DNA of 51,814 bases, filler included, from Basidioascus undulatus (taxonomy: Eukaryota), in the NCBI GenBank assembly GCA_000826855.1. It is 3 parts of 3 records of this genome, joined end to end, with 100 filler letters (N's around TTAATTAATTAA, not from the genome) between each part and the next. Parts side by side here need not be neighbours in the genome. Positions count along the whole stretch, not along the records: positions 17,339 to 34,538 come from JTLS01000545.1; positions 34,639 to 51,814 come from JTLS01000546.1; 1 more part is not named here. One strand, written 5' to 3'. Each line of letters begins with the position of its first letter. The stretch's first letter is position 1. Made by a program: the position numbers and the translations under genes. The notes beneath the pieces were generated by a model that was not told the origin of the DNA, did not search any database, and saw only the letters and a list, made by a program, of their open reading frames with translations. Shown here piece after piece: positions 30,801 to 43,700 of this stretch.

Positions 30801-31889
30801 CGGACTCAGCAGCCCACGGAAGGCTTTGCCGGCATCGGCGCACGCGGACGCAGTCCGAGCCCGCAGCCGTTCAACCACCCCGAGAGCTTGCGCGCCGCGA
30901 GTCCGCGCCCGGGCTCGACGTACGGCGCGCCCCCGCAACGCGCGGCGACGCCGCTCGGCATCGCGCTCGACGCATCCGGCTCTGTCACGCACGATCAGAT
31001 GGCGGAGGAATACGCGAGAAGGGCGAGCTACCAGCCTTCGCCGCAGTTGGGAGGCTATGGCTCGGCGTACGCGTACCCGCAACAGCCGCAGCATACCGGA
31101 TACCCGTCGTACGCCCAGCAAGGGTACGGCACGCCTGCGCCGTCAGCGTACGCGGCCTCGCCCTCGCACGGGTACGCTCTGTCCGGGTATGCGGGCTCGG
31201 TTCAACGAGCGCCGAGCACGAGATCGTCGACCAACGCAGGCTCCTTCTACGCCGGCGCAGCGGACAGGGCGACTTCGCCGTCGGTGCAGAGCCCGCAACC
31301 TCAGCACCCGCCGCAACAACCGTACGAAGCGCCGCCGCCGCCGCAGGCTCAGCCGGTCGTCTCGAACGGGTACGCATCCACTTCGCAGAGGGCGCCGAGC
31401 CCCGCTCCCCCCGCCACCCCGTCAGAGCCCTTGTTCCATGGTCCGTAGAGTCATTTCAATCTTTCCTAATCAAGAACCGGTGGCTGATAATTTGTCGTTT
31501 TGCAGTCAAAGCGCTGTATGACTACACGGCGCAGACACCTGAAGAATTCGACTTCCAGGTACGAAACCCTCGATCATCGAGACGAACAAACAACACCGTG
31601 CTTATAGACCACTGATACCAGACCGGAGATGTCATTGCTGTCTTCAAGACTCCAGAGGATGGCTGGTGGACGGGCATACTGCTCGACGACGCCCGTCGGG
31701 TGCCAGGCCGAACGCTGTTCCCGAGCAATTTCGTATCCCGTGCGTGAACGCTTCACCATGTAATTCGATGTGTAGCGTGCTTACACACAACATAATCTCC
31801 TCGATTAGTCTTCGTAAGTCATGGTTTCTCGCTTCCCACACCACCTCCGGTCTGATACGATACTGATAGATGTCGTCGTTGTGCAGTAA
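27853..31889 (+). CDS. F-BAR + SH3 cytokinesis protein (Cdc15/Imp2/Hof1-like)
   Basis: FCH start DFCNAFWGPGDPGFDILTSRMK...KERAAIEDEYAKRLAKL; coiled-coil exons; ~2.1 kb uninterrupted Pro/Ser/Ala-rich exon; SH3 VKALYDYTAQTPEEFDFQTGDVIAV...DGWW...LFPSNF. The 3' end is inferred through a micro-exon. Confidence 0.9.
30357..30539 (+). repeat. Coding (CAG)8 plus four 30-33-nt tandem units encoding YQRAASP(G/S)P
   Basis: Read directly from the sequence and the 29478..31448 ORF translation. Confidence 0.9.
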
Positions 31890-32147
31890 GCGCCTCTTTT
31901 GGCTTCCCGCTCTGTTTCGCCAGATTGTCTTGCTTCGCGTTGGATTTGCATGGCGAACTGCTGTTGGCGCGCATGCTATCGGGATGCATGCGGACTTGAC
32001 TGTGCACGCTTGTTTTGCTCGGTGTGCCTCACAAATGTGCAGCTACTTGCGACGCGCTCTGAAGGCCACGCAGAGGGAAGCGGGCTACATTCTGATGTCC
32101 CCGCAGTAGGCCGCAGCCACCCACCCACCACGTGGCAGCACAACCTC

Positions 32148-32783
32148 TCACGTCGGCAGGCCCTTCTCGCTCCTTCTTTTCTTTTCCTCCTCGAGGAAAG
32201 CCTTCGTTGTCGCGCTGTCGACAAACTCGTCTATCCCAGCGATCCTTCCCGAATCGAACCAGCCCGTCTCAGAAGCCCACGTCGAGCGGGAAGTGAAGGG
32301 GACAGGGACAGGCGCACAGAGTGTTGTCCATGTTCGTTCTGAATGTAAATATATACTCGTTGGTGTATTCGGAGCCAGTGACCGTGACGCCTCGCGAGTT
32401 AGCCTTGGGCGAAAGGTTCGGTGAGAGAGCGAAGGGGATGACAGCGAGGGAAAGACCCAACATGCATGTGCACAAGGCCCGGAACTTCGACCACCTCCCT
32501 AGCCACCAACTACGCGCGATCCTCGACATGTCAACCTGCCTTGCTAAACACCACAAGCATTCCCAACACTTACATTCAGATCTTTGAACCAACTAAAGAA
32601 GTTTTCCCAAAACTGCTTGGTCTCGTTCTTGTCCCTGATCGGCATGCCCAGACTGGCCGGCAGGATGCGATATGCGAATTGATCCGCGGTAAGGGCGAGT
32701 ACGCCGTCCACATTGCGGCGGTTGAATTGAGTCAGGAAGTCCGTCACCAGGATCCGCTGCGGGGAGGGCTGGGATGCAGGCAT
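32148..32783 (-). CDS. SnoaL/NTF2-like small protein, copy 1 (appears intact)
   Basis: Spliced: MPASQPSPQRILVTDFLTQFNRRNVDGVLALTADQFAYRILPASLGMP...VHMHANSRGVTVTGSEYTNEYIFTF...IAGIDEFVDSATTKAF. LPASLG, Y.NEY and EFVDS are typical of fungal NTF2-like/SnoaL proteins. Confidence 0.8.
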
Positions 32784-32939
32784 GGCGGCGTCGGTTATGG
32801 ACGATCAGGGGCAGGACTTTGGGAGCACATCACCGCTGAGAACACCTTCAACAGCTGAGATTGCATTCTGGTTAATCGGTGAGGAATGGATTGGCTCCCT
32901 CTGGGAGAGAAACTTAAAATTGCGCGAAGCTTCGTTTTC

Positions 32940-33637
32940 TCAGCTGAATCACGCACTATCGACCGACTGTTGACCGATGAAGAAGATCGCACTTCCAGAA
33001 AGCTACAGCACGGCGCAGTCCATGTGCATGCATCGCAAATCCAAACACCAAGTTACATGGACCCCTGCTACGCTTGGGAATCGCCCTCCGTCGTCCACAA
33101 GTCTCGAAGGCTGGAATCGCAATATTGGGAAAGAGCCGTTACCTCCGTTCCCGAGACGTTAAACTCCAACCACCATATCGCGTCAACATTGCGAAAGGCA
33201 GTTCCGGACTTCATCGTCCCGTTACATGAGACCTTGTATGACCGAGCGTTAGTACGCGGTAATGAGATTGTACCGTATCCAGGTGCACAGAGGAAGGCAT
33301 ATGCTGCAAATTTCGATACTCACATGCATCAGTGCTAGACCGGGCTTCTCTGCAATGTCGTGCACCGTCCACTGGAACCTCCCTCTGCCATCAGACGCGT
33401 GACGCTCACATCAAACCTGCGAAGGTGGCCCACCTGAATTTCAGAGAATTTCGATAGCCAATGAGTTAGGTAGCTTTTGAACGCCGCCTTGTCATGAGAC
33501 GGGATGGCAAGTGAGGCAGGGCGAATTGAATGGATGAATGTTCGTGTCGTAGACAGATGGGGCAGGACACGGTGTGGGTCGCGGTCGTTCAATGCCTGAA
33601 TAATTGCTTGGATAGTCTCGCGCTGAGGGGAGAGCAT
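32940..33637 (-). CDS. SnoaL/NTF2-like small protein, copy 2 (divergent, 3' end possibly degenerate)
   Basis: MLSPQRETIQAIIQALNDRDPHRVL...IRPASLAIP...WTVHDIAEKPGLALMH/VSCNGTMKSGTAFRN parallels copy 1, including the intron after PGL..MH. The last exons are unclear. Confidence 0.6.
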
Positions 33638-34409
33638 TTGGGATTGAGGGCGCGACGGTGCAGGCGGAGAATGGTGTCCCTCCCGAAGTGCAGCGACTAC
33701 CTCCGTGGCGTCACCTGTTGTCAAGGTTTCGGGCAAGTTGGACGTCTTTTCGACCAGAATATCTTAAAGTTTTTACTTTTGCTTTTTTCGTCTTGTTCTG
33801 CGAAGCTCGAAGTTTAATACCACTGAGCGACTGTGTTCAAACAGCGCAGAGCGTGCGTACATCTGCATAACTGTGGCCACAGCCCTCTCCCAGTGGCAGA
33901 ACATAGATGAAACATGCTTTGAACCGGAAGAAATTTGTGTCAGTCATTTTATAACTGGAAGGTGGCTGGCGAAGTTCTTGGTGGTCTCTTGCCTGCCTTT
34001 GCATGTCTGTTATGCCAAATACTGCGGGAATTCGATTATTCCTGCAACTTCAAGGCAACAAGGCAGGTTATTGATTTAATGGGTTGTACGGTTTTGTATC
34101 TAATAATCACCACCCTCACTACTAGTATTGCAGGTCGACAGTAACTCAGTTCAAGCCATGTACTAGCTGATTGGACTTTGCCAGCACCAGTAGCTACAAA
34201 GCTACTCATATTTGCTGTACTTCATGATTAAGAGCTTCAATTTTTACAGCTGTATTGGACGTTACTACATCTACGAGTATGTGGGGAGAGCGACAGTTTC
34301 CATACACTGGGGAAACTAAAGTGACTGAATTAGGATAGGCTTGCAACTGTCATGAATACCCTCCCTCCCTTCACCAAGGACATCTACACCCTCCCCTACC
34401 CTCTCCCTA

Positions 34410-34505
34410 TTGTCACCTTCCTTTGTCCTATCGTCCTCATGTCCACCTCCTTGCCTTCCTTTGTCCTATTGTCCTCCTGTCCACCTCCTCGCCTTCCTTT
34501 GTCCC
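34410..34505. repeat. Short pyrimidine-rich tandem repeat (~39-bp unit, ~2.3 copies) at a contig end
   Basis: CCTTCCTTTGTCCTAT(C/T)GTCCTC(A/C)TGTCCACCTCCT repeats directly before the gap. Confidence 0.7.
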
Positions 34506-34538
34506 TTCCATCAAGCTATTGTCCTCCTGGCCTCCCTT

Positions 34539-34638
34539 NNNNNNNNNNNNNNNNNNNNNNNNNNNNNNNNNNNNNNNNNNNNTTAATTAATTAANNNNNN
34601 NNNNNNNNNNNNNNNNNNNNNNNNNNNNNNNNNNNNNN
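34539..34638. other. Artificial contig-join spacer (N44-TTAATTAATTAA-N44)
   Basis: Same 100-nt structure as 17239-17338. Confidence 0.97.
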
Positions 34639-37254
34639 CCTTCCCCCCGCCCCCCCGCCTCCAGCCATGGCTGTTGGGTCTGTGTTCAGCGAGCACTAGG
34701 GAGGTCCAAACCCAGCCTTATGTTTCTTATGACAATCCAATGCCTTCATTCGCTTCTGACATGCGTGCGGGCTCTCGACGTCTGGCTCATGGGTCCCGAC
34801 TCTTCATAAGAAAAACTTCACCAAATCGCCACACACGCTTTTTCATATATGCCGTTTTAAGTATGGCCTCCAGACTTCAGGTTTTCCAGAAGTTGGGAAG
34901 GAGCATGCTCGGGCCTCGGCGGCGGACGCCTAGTACGCAATGCTACGAAGTCTCTCACTTAAAACCACGCACTTGAGCGGCCACGCACTAAGCTCACGCA
35001 AGATTTAAAAGTTTCACAGTATCAACGCATCCAACCACAAAGCATGACTATATACAACAATCCTCTGCATATCGTCCTCGCCACCCAAAGTCTGGCAAAT
35101 CGTATAAGGGACAACCAAGCGACCCGCATCGTCGGATCTACCATGTAGAACCCTCCCATACTTTGGCACCAGGGTCAGTATCGATACAGTCTGGAAAACA
35201 CTCAGAATTGCTTATCTCTCCAGAATCCCGATTATTACAGTCTCTTGATCACGGGCCTCCCGTTGCGGGAGTGCAGTCCCTTGCCGGTGATGATTGTCAA
35301 CGGCCGCCCCTCGCGCTCAGTCATCCGCTCGAAGAAAGAGCTTGGTCCACGAAGAGATCATGAAAATTTAAAAGCCTTCTTCGGAGGTGATAATTCAGAG
35401 CTGTAGTCACCCCACAGGGGCTGTGTCAGCCGGCCTTTCGGTAGATTCAAGGCAAGACGAGCTCACCCGCGTTCATCTCCAGGGCTTCTTGCCTGACTAT
35501 ATCCCACCTGGTCGGAGCTGAAAGTTAATTATAATAAGTGATAAAACAACTCACCTGAATAAAGCCGTGAGTCCGCTCGCCGGTATCGGCCAGTACCAGG
35601 CTCCTGAGGATGAAGTGTCAATGTTCAGTGCCACATTTAGCAAGATAGAAAGTATTGAGGACACTTGCCATAAGATCATGTGTCGTCTGTGCACATGTTC
35701 CATAATTGCAAAGGGATCTCGCGTTGTACTGCAAGGCTTTTGTCGAGACGGTGAAGAACGAACAAAAGCTGAACTCTTCAAGCCTGTACCTGTTATGTGT
35801 ACAGGGCAGATTGAAACGAACGTATGCCTAGAAAGAGAGACGAGAGGGGGTTCATATAACCACCACAAGATGCATTGAGTGATAGAGACGAAGAAACATT
35901 GCTTGATGTTCGGCATCCCGGCTGGATAACCAGCAAAACCCGGTTGGAAAACCAGTTGGAAAAGTTGTTGAACCGACGGAGTGGATTAACTACTCGGTAG
36001 AAGTACCGTCAATTACTATGTGACGCCGGGCATTCAAACCCTGCACAACGCACTCACCCTTCCCCAGGCCGGCAAATTAACTTTGAAACTACACAAATAA
36101 TTACGAGGTAAACCAAGATTATGTACATGACAGCGCAGCGTACTATGTGTTCATCGCTCAAAACTGTTGCGACCCGAAGACGATCAGACGGCCCACGTTC
36201 TTTGGATGCACTCTGTCAGGCACACCCATACTTCAGCAGTCAGGTCAGTTTTGGTAGAAAGTACGTTAAACTCAACAAGGTGCTTACCTTTCCAGAAGTC
36301 TCATTATCGCAGGCTTGATGGCCGGCTGCCCGTTTGGGGAGTGCTTGCCCTTGCCGGGTATGATGGTCAACGGTCGGCCATTGCATTGCTTTATCTTTCG
36401 TGTGGTGGACTGTACGGCCTGATATACAAAGAGCCAATGGAGATATAATTCATTATGTGGAAGGCCTTCGTTTGGAGCTTCACTCATCCCCGCAGAAACC
36501 GTGTCCTCCAGCTTCAGCCTTCAGCCTGTCTTTCAGTATGCTTTCAGTATGAAGACTGCAAGAGGAACTCACCCTTATTCCTCTCCAAAGCCTCATGCTT
36601 GCTAAGAGACCGTGAACCTACGGAGAGGTTATCAGTGGTGGGAATGACTAAAAGTCGCAGAAAAATGGCTGAAACAACTCACCCCGACGACGCCGTGAAC
36701 GCACTGGCCTGGAACTGGCAGTGTGAGGCGCCTGAAGACCGAATGATCAATGAGAGGATTACAACGTTCAAATATCGAGCTTTCTTACCTTAGGTGCGTG
36801 GGCACTTGCTGTGCCTGTCCCAAAGGTGGAAAACGTGCCTGCGTTGCCGGGCACGGCGGTCGTCGAGACTGAAAACAAACACAGAACTCATTTTAAAGTC
36901 TCCCTGCTTTATGTGCACGACAGATGTGATAGAATTCAAGTCTAAAATGAGAAGACAGGTGCTCTTTTAAATACAGTTGTGTGCTGCACCACGGCGAGCG
37001 CAGTTTTTCAGGCACTGCGCATCTGATGAGTCAACATCACATTGCTATCAATCCTGAAATTCATTCATTACATGCTTATTTGATGGTTCCTGTTGAAGCT
37101 TTGAAAGAGTTTCAAAACCTCAGGCAAGTTCACGTGCCACTCCGACTCGGCCCAGACAAGCGTCTTCCTGCTGTTTCGAGCTCCCCGTCCAACGCCCACC
37201 ACCTTTTCCACCTCAATCCCCAACCACAAGCCCTTCTCCATACAACTGATTTAA

Positions 37255-38062
37255 ATGGATGACCCACGTCCCTCCGACTCATCGATCGATGCAATGACCC
37301 ATCGAACCATCTTCGCCACCTTCAAACGGCGCCTCGCATCCCACAACTCGCATCTCGAGGCGGCGAGCACGTCCGTGGCTGTCGGCACTCCGGCGCGTGG
37401 GCACGCCGTCCATGGTGGAAAACTGGGAGCGCTTCTTGCGCACCATAGGTGGGACGGGTATGTGAGGGGCTTCAGCTGCGAGGAGGGAGCGCGCAGTAGT
37501 TGACAGGGCGGCTTTTGCTAGTTGAGCAGCTGAAGGGCGTGGAGGACGAGCAGCTCGACGACGATGATGACCTCGAGCTCGTGATCCTTTCGCAGCTGGA
37601 CAGGTCGCAAGCCCCCTCGCCGAGCAGCGCGAACGACCATGCTCGGCCGTTTCTCGTCGTTTGGCGGACCGGTATGGCCTCACGGAACTCCTCGAGAAGA
37701 GGGGCCACGCAGGCCATACCACGTTGGTAAACACCCGAGACGAGGTCCGTTCCTCCGCTTCCACCCCCCAACCGCATCTGACCGTGGGTTTCGTACGCAG
37801 TTCCAGCACCACCTCTGGATCTCGCACCCCTCCCTCCTCACCGCCAACCTTCCCGCCTCCCTCCAATTCCTCCACGATCTGCACGCGCGCCGCTCGCCGC
37901 ACTTCAGTCCCTCCCGGGGGCAGGTGCGGAGCTACAACCTCCTCCGCCGGCTCGAGCGCGCGGGCTCGTGGACGCGCTCGGCGAAGTCCGCGCACGGTAT
38001 GTCGGACAGGAGGAGGCGGGAAGGCTTGCGGAGTGGTTGGAGGAGGAGATGGGGAGGTGTAG
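37255..38062 (+). pseudogene. Degenerate hypothetical protein gene
   Basis: GC-rich island in AT-richer DNA, with two plausible GT-AG introns (~37458-37521, ~37727-37800). Protein-like segments alternate between frames (VEQLKGVEDEQLDDDDDLELVIL; LADRYGLTELLEKRG; FQHHLWISHPSLL; GLVDALGEVRARYVGQEEAGRLAEWLEEE). Confidence 0.45.
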
Positions 38063-40768
38063 GGAAGAAAGTAAGGGCGGGGGGGACTGGGAGTTAGTGA
38101 GGATCGAGTGGCTGCAGAGCCAGATGCGTGTTAATTAGAGAGAAGCAACTTTATAAGAGGAGCTGAAGGAGATCCGAGGAACAAGACCCCTTCATGCCGT
38201 TCTCAGATCCGCATAGCTATCTGCCCGGGCAGCAGGCGCCCGGGCTGCGCATCGGCAAGTAGTTCGCCGACATGCTCCGGGACCTGACGGAGAGGAGCCG
38301 TTCGTCCTTCCTCTTTTCCTTCAATTCTTTCTCAAGAACAGCCTGCTCGCATATGGTAGGCTGAAATTTCGTGTTCCCTCGCAGTCACCTGTGCGCAATG
38401 CTTGAGTGTCCACAAGCGATGTGAGAGGTTGACGGATCCAGATCGGCCCAACACCTCTTTCTTGGAGTGATAAATATTTCAAAGGCGTAGAAACTTCAAC
38501 GATGAACCGTTGCGATCCTCGAGTGCGCTGAGTTTCGAGCAAAGGGTGCGCTTCCAGCAGCTGAGCAGGCTGAACGCATTCATCTTCCTTCTGCCTTGAC
38601 CTCGAATCGGTACAAGGTACACCAGTGCAGAAGTTATTCTGAGATATTGGATTTGGCTATACGAGCGTTAAATATAGGATGCAGCACCCCTAGCCCTTCT
38701 CATCCGCTCCAGCATTGTCCATGTCCGAAGCACTGCTTGAAAGTCATCGCGCCTGAACGTGCACACTTGAAGGTCAGCTCAACTGACTTTATAGCGAGAA
38801 CGTCTGTAGTCCCACCTTGCCCTTTGGCCATATATCATAAACGAGTGCGCGCATAGGCAGTCATGCAATTTTCACTGGGCCGCACAGCGGAGCGCGGATG
38901 TGGCTGACAGTCAAATCGATTGACAAGGACCATATGAAAAGGTCTCTTTCAACATCACCTCAAGTGCAATTCCAATGTCAGGACAGTTATGTGGCGCTGA
39001 ATATAAAAGTGAACAGTTCATTCCAGACAATACGCGAGGCAGAACAATCCGCCATGACATTGCAAGCTTGATCCCCTTTCCACCGAGCAGCCTCAACGTC
39101 TGCCCCCTCATCCATGCCTCCTCAAATAGCCAAACTCGGCACACGAAGATCTGGCTTAACGCCCTGCATCAGGCGGGATGCCACGTATTATGCTGGGCCC
39201 AGGGCGGGACGGAGTTTTGGATTGTCATCCCCGGACAGATTCGATGCACGAGTGATGAGGGAGGGTATAGGAGGGAATCTGGGCATGGTGTGAAGTCGGT
39301 GATTAAATACCTTGCTGGGCGGAAGCATCTCTACCTGACTTGCACAGCACACACAGCCATATTCCGCGGATGACCGAGGCGGCTTCGCGTCTCATCGGAG
39401 AGCATCTGTCAAGTTCCTGACAGGGGCTTCATCCCTGTGTGCCCCCACCAACCCGCGCCCATTCCAGCACCTTTTCCCTTATTCCTCCTCATTTATGGCC
39501 CAAAATGCGTCGATCCCTGTTGAGCCCATCGGACTGCCCCGTCTGCTTGGCCATGGCGCCGGGCTGCAAGGCGATGTGCCGTGCGCGGCCGTGCAAGAAT
39601 CAAGACCTTGCACGGCACACCCTCTGGGGAGGACCCCCTAACCCAGGGAGAGGTTGGTTACCAAACGGTGACACTTTTGGCCAAATTTTGGCGGTTTCTT
39701 GGTTACATTTGGTGACATTCTGGGGCCTAATTTTGGGAGTTTCGAAACAAATGTCTCTGTTTGGCTTCGAAGCCGCCTCAGCTTGGTAACAAACAGACAC
39801 TGACATTCAATTGGTCACAAGCCCATGTGAAGGCTTCTAACAAGCTTCTACCGGAGGTTATGAGTTCGAATCAGCATATTTTTGCATCACACTTCCATTT
39901 TGGCATGGAAGGCAGCATGCAAAGGAAGTAATGTGTGCAAGAAATGATATGTTAATGCTTGATTAGAAGACTGCTATACTAAGATGAGAACCACGTCCCA
40001 GTGCTCAGGCCCTCAGTACCACTCTTCACCGTCACCAATCAGGTATATCCAGGTCTATATCCTATGTAAACTTTGGCAGTGTAAGGTCAGGCCGAACGTC
40101 AGGCGGAAGGTGCCTTCACAACCAGAAGAAGGAATTCGAAGAGCATGGGTAACGGTCGCGTTTGGTCGAGTGGTTACGAAGTTCTGCAGCTGTAATGACG
40201 TCCCTTGAGTTGGTGATTCTTGGAGACTCATCAGAAATTTTCTGCATTGGCATATCGCGTGCCAGTCGCACAATACGCCTGGAAGCTCAAAGCCAAGGAA
40301 ACACGAAATGGGAGCTCGCCATCTTCCCCAGCATTGCAGTCACTTCGGCGTCCGCTATACCGCATGTAATGTACTCCCGCCCCTTCTGCAGCGGGTGCCT
40401 CGCACGTTACTGAATATTTGAAGGCGTCCCCTCACCAATCGCTTCTGTTCCGTGTGGGGCCACATTCGAGGAGGGGCGGTACCTGATGAAGACTCTCCGT
40501 GTCGCATCGGTACCTTGCGGCTTCTTCTCGGGCTGTGTCTGCGAATATGCACTAGGTCGTCCATACGTAAATCGCAATTCATCGTGCTCATTACGATAAA
40601 TCGCCACTCATGAGCGCCATCGCTTGGCACTGTATTGGGCTGGATGTGGCCCATCTTTGCAGTTGAGAACGCTTTCGATAAAAACACCACCTCCTTCACT
40701 TCCGGCGCTCTTGGTTCCTGTCGATCCTCTCACCCAGCTCCACTTCATACCCCAGCACGCTGCCGGCC

Positions 40769-43700
40769 ATGGCACAGCAGGGCGACACCGCCGACGTTCT
40801 CGACAAAGTCACCTATGCAACCGAGAAAGATTGCTCGCTAGACGGTCCATTGACGAGAAGGACGTCAAGGACGACCAGCAGCCCGTTCAGAAGGACGACT
40901 CTTCCTACCAAGCTCCCGACGGACACGAGCCTCGCTACGTCAATGGCGAACCGGTCATCAGCACCGGCCGGGACGTGTCCGAGTTCGCCGTGGACGACCG
41001 CGACGACGGGGACACAGCGGCGAGTTTCCGCTCTTTCGTGTTGGGCACGGCGCTGGCTGGCTTTGGGGCTTCACTCAGTCAGATTTACACTTTCAAAGTG
41101 TGTTTCTCAACCCCGAGTTTCTGGGGATCCCTGCAAGCTGATGCCCTTTGCGCAGCCAACGGACGTATCGGTCGTAAGTCTAACTTGCAGCGTGCATGGG
41201 CCGCAAGTCGAGCGCACTCTTAACACCTACCTTTCTATCGCTCACAGTCGTCGATCTTCCTCCTCGTTGTCACCTACTTCCTGGGGAACCTTTGGGTAAG
41301 CTCTCTGGTCCAATCTCCCCTATAGTGCACTGTTGATCCTCTCTCGTTTGTCTGGGTGGCTCAGCACAAAGTCTTGCCCAGTCGAGAGCGGTTCGAAGGC
41401 CAACCTCGGCTGAGCTGGCTGGCCCTGCTGCTGGCTTCGTGAATCCCGGACCATTCGGTCTGAAGGAGGTGGGTCCGTCCCCATATCTCTTTGGTAAACT
41501 ATGTCTTACAGAAACACTCTCAGCATGCCGTGGCCACGATCATCGCAACAACCGCCGCGAACGGATCCGCAATCGTCAACATATTCGCCGTTCAGGTAAG
41601 CTTTGAACAATGAGAATCTGGGGAGATAGGGCAAAGCGTGATATTGGACACATTCAAACCAACCTACGACTGACCACCCGGGCATTCTTATCTTCAGCGT
41701 CTCTTATACGACCACAAGGTCGGCGCTGCCACGGCGGTCTTGGCCATTTTCGCCAGCGCTTGTTTCGGCTACGGTCTCGTCGGCTTATTCCGTATAGTGA
41801 GTATTCGGTACCTTCTAAATTCAAGGACCGAGGAGCTGACGCTTGATTCAGCGCGAGCGAATGCGTCTACTGGAGGCATCTGCGTAGGTTCCTGACTTTG
41901 ACTTGTGCATTGTGCGAGAGGAGAGATGTGCTGATGACTTTGGGAAAACAGCGGCTGTCTTGACCTTTCAGGTGAGCCGTGGTTGCACCATCCTCACCGC
42001 CCGAACGGGAACTAACACTTTAACTCGTGTCCTCGATCCAGAGTAATTCACACTTTGTGTCAGTAGGCCCCAAGCGGCTGGCCTGATATTTTCTTCCCTT
42101 TACGCAGGCTTTCACTGGGACAAGGTCGGCACGTCGAAGCGTCTCAAGCTGTATTGGAGCGTGTACGTTGCTCGTCCACATCCACGAAGAACCTTTACTG
42201 GAAATACTAACGCTTCACTTAAATCAGCTTCACGGGGATCGCCATATGGGAAATTATCCCGCAATGGATTTTCCCTACCCTCAACGGCGTTTCGGTCTTC
42301 TGCCTCGCTTCACAGAAAGCCAAAACACGCGTAAAGTGTTCACCAACATTTTCGGTGGCACCTCCGGAAACGAGGGCCTTGGTCTCCTCTCGCTCTCGTT
42401 CGACTGGACGTACATCTCGAGCGATGTAATGTCCAAGCCTCTCATTCAGCAGTGTGAGCTATTCCGCTGGCATTCCGCCGATTAGGCTCTGCTGACCACA
42501 GTTGGGAGGACGCAGTCAGCTCGTGGATTGGATTCGGAATATGCTACATCGCGATTCTGGCGATCTACTACACCAATACGTGGAATGTACGGTCCCGCCT
42601 TGCTTTCCGTAGAAATCAGCAGCTCACGAACATCGACACAACAGGCCAAGTCCTTCCCGATGCTGTCGACTTCTGTGTGCGTATTTTATGTCGCCTGTCG
42701 AGTGCTTAAACCCTGCTGAAGACTGGTCGTGTCAGCTTCAACTCGAATGGAACGCGGTGAGTTGGATAGACAACCGAAAGACGGGTTCTGGCTATTACCT
42801 TCTGGCCCACAGATACAACCAGACGCTCGTCTTCAGGCACGCTTACGCGGTGAACCAAACCCGTCTGGAGCAGTACGGCCTTCCCCAACTCGCAGGTACA
42901 TCTTGAGCCCTCGAACCAGTCCATTTTGCCATCTGCTGACCAGGCTCCCTTTACTCGTGTTCGCAGGCAGCTTCGCATGGGGAAACCTGATGTCGAACTT
43001 CTTTGTGAGTCGTGCTACATCAATGCTCTGCGTGCATCCCTTAATCAACGCGTCCCATGTACAGATTGGGGCGCTCCTTACACACACAGTACTGTTTTGG
43101 TGGGGAGCCTCATCCGACAGCATCCGGTAGTCGCGCGACGGCACTCTCCCGGACCGTCACTGGCAGGTGAGTATCATTTTCATGTGGATCAAAGATTTGA
43201 GCTGAGCCAAGTTCCAACTTAGGTCATGCGAGAGTATAAGGAAGCCCCTTGGTAAGTCGTTGTGTCAGGATATTGTTTGCTGGTCGAGCTGGAGCGCCAA
43301 CACTTTCCAAATCTTCTTCTCCCAGGTGGTGGTATGCAATCCTGTTGGTGTTTTCGACCATCGCAGGTAGGTCTCACATTTTCAAGGGCGATTGATTCAC
43401 CATCTGACCTTATCTTCTTCTAGGCATCATCTCCGCAGTCAAAGGGCACTCGACTCTTCCGTGGTGGTCTGTCTTGGTCGCATTCCTGACGGGGTGTGAG
43501 GACACATTTTGTGGTTTCCACAGTATGGTGATACTAAATCATCATCAAACTACAGCTGTGATTGCTGCAAGTTGGCCTCGCCCTACGCTGCCTCGGAGAA
43601 GTCTGCTGACCCTATCGGTGTGCACTGCCCGTGGCCTCCCTTATTGCCAAGCGTACGGGAGCTCTTTTAGCCCTTTTCGACACTGTTGTTCGGTCGCATG

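Noticed and set aside
34640..37200. AT-richer stretch with short ORFs (possible gene or TE relic)
   Set aside because: No recognisable conserved motifs, LTRs or TIRs by eye.
38300..39400. Decayed MULE-like transposase
   Set aside because: Only faint resemblance in stop-riddled frames and no DDE motif identified; needs an HMM search.
40594..40681. Two CGATAA (GATA-factor) sites upstream of the OPT gene
   Set aside because: Plausible for nitrogen regulation, but two hexamers are within chance expectation.
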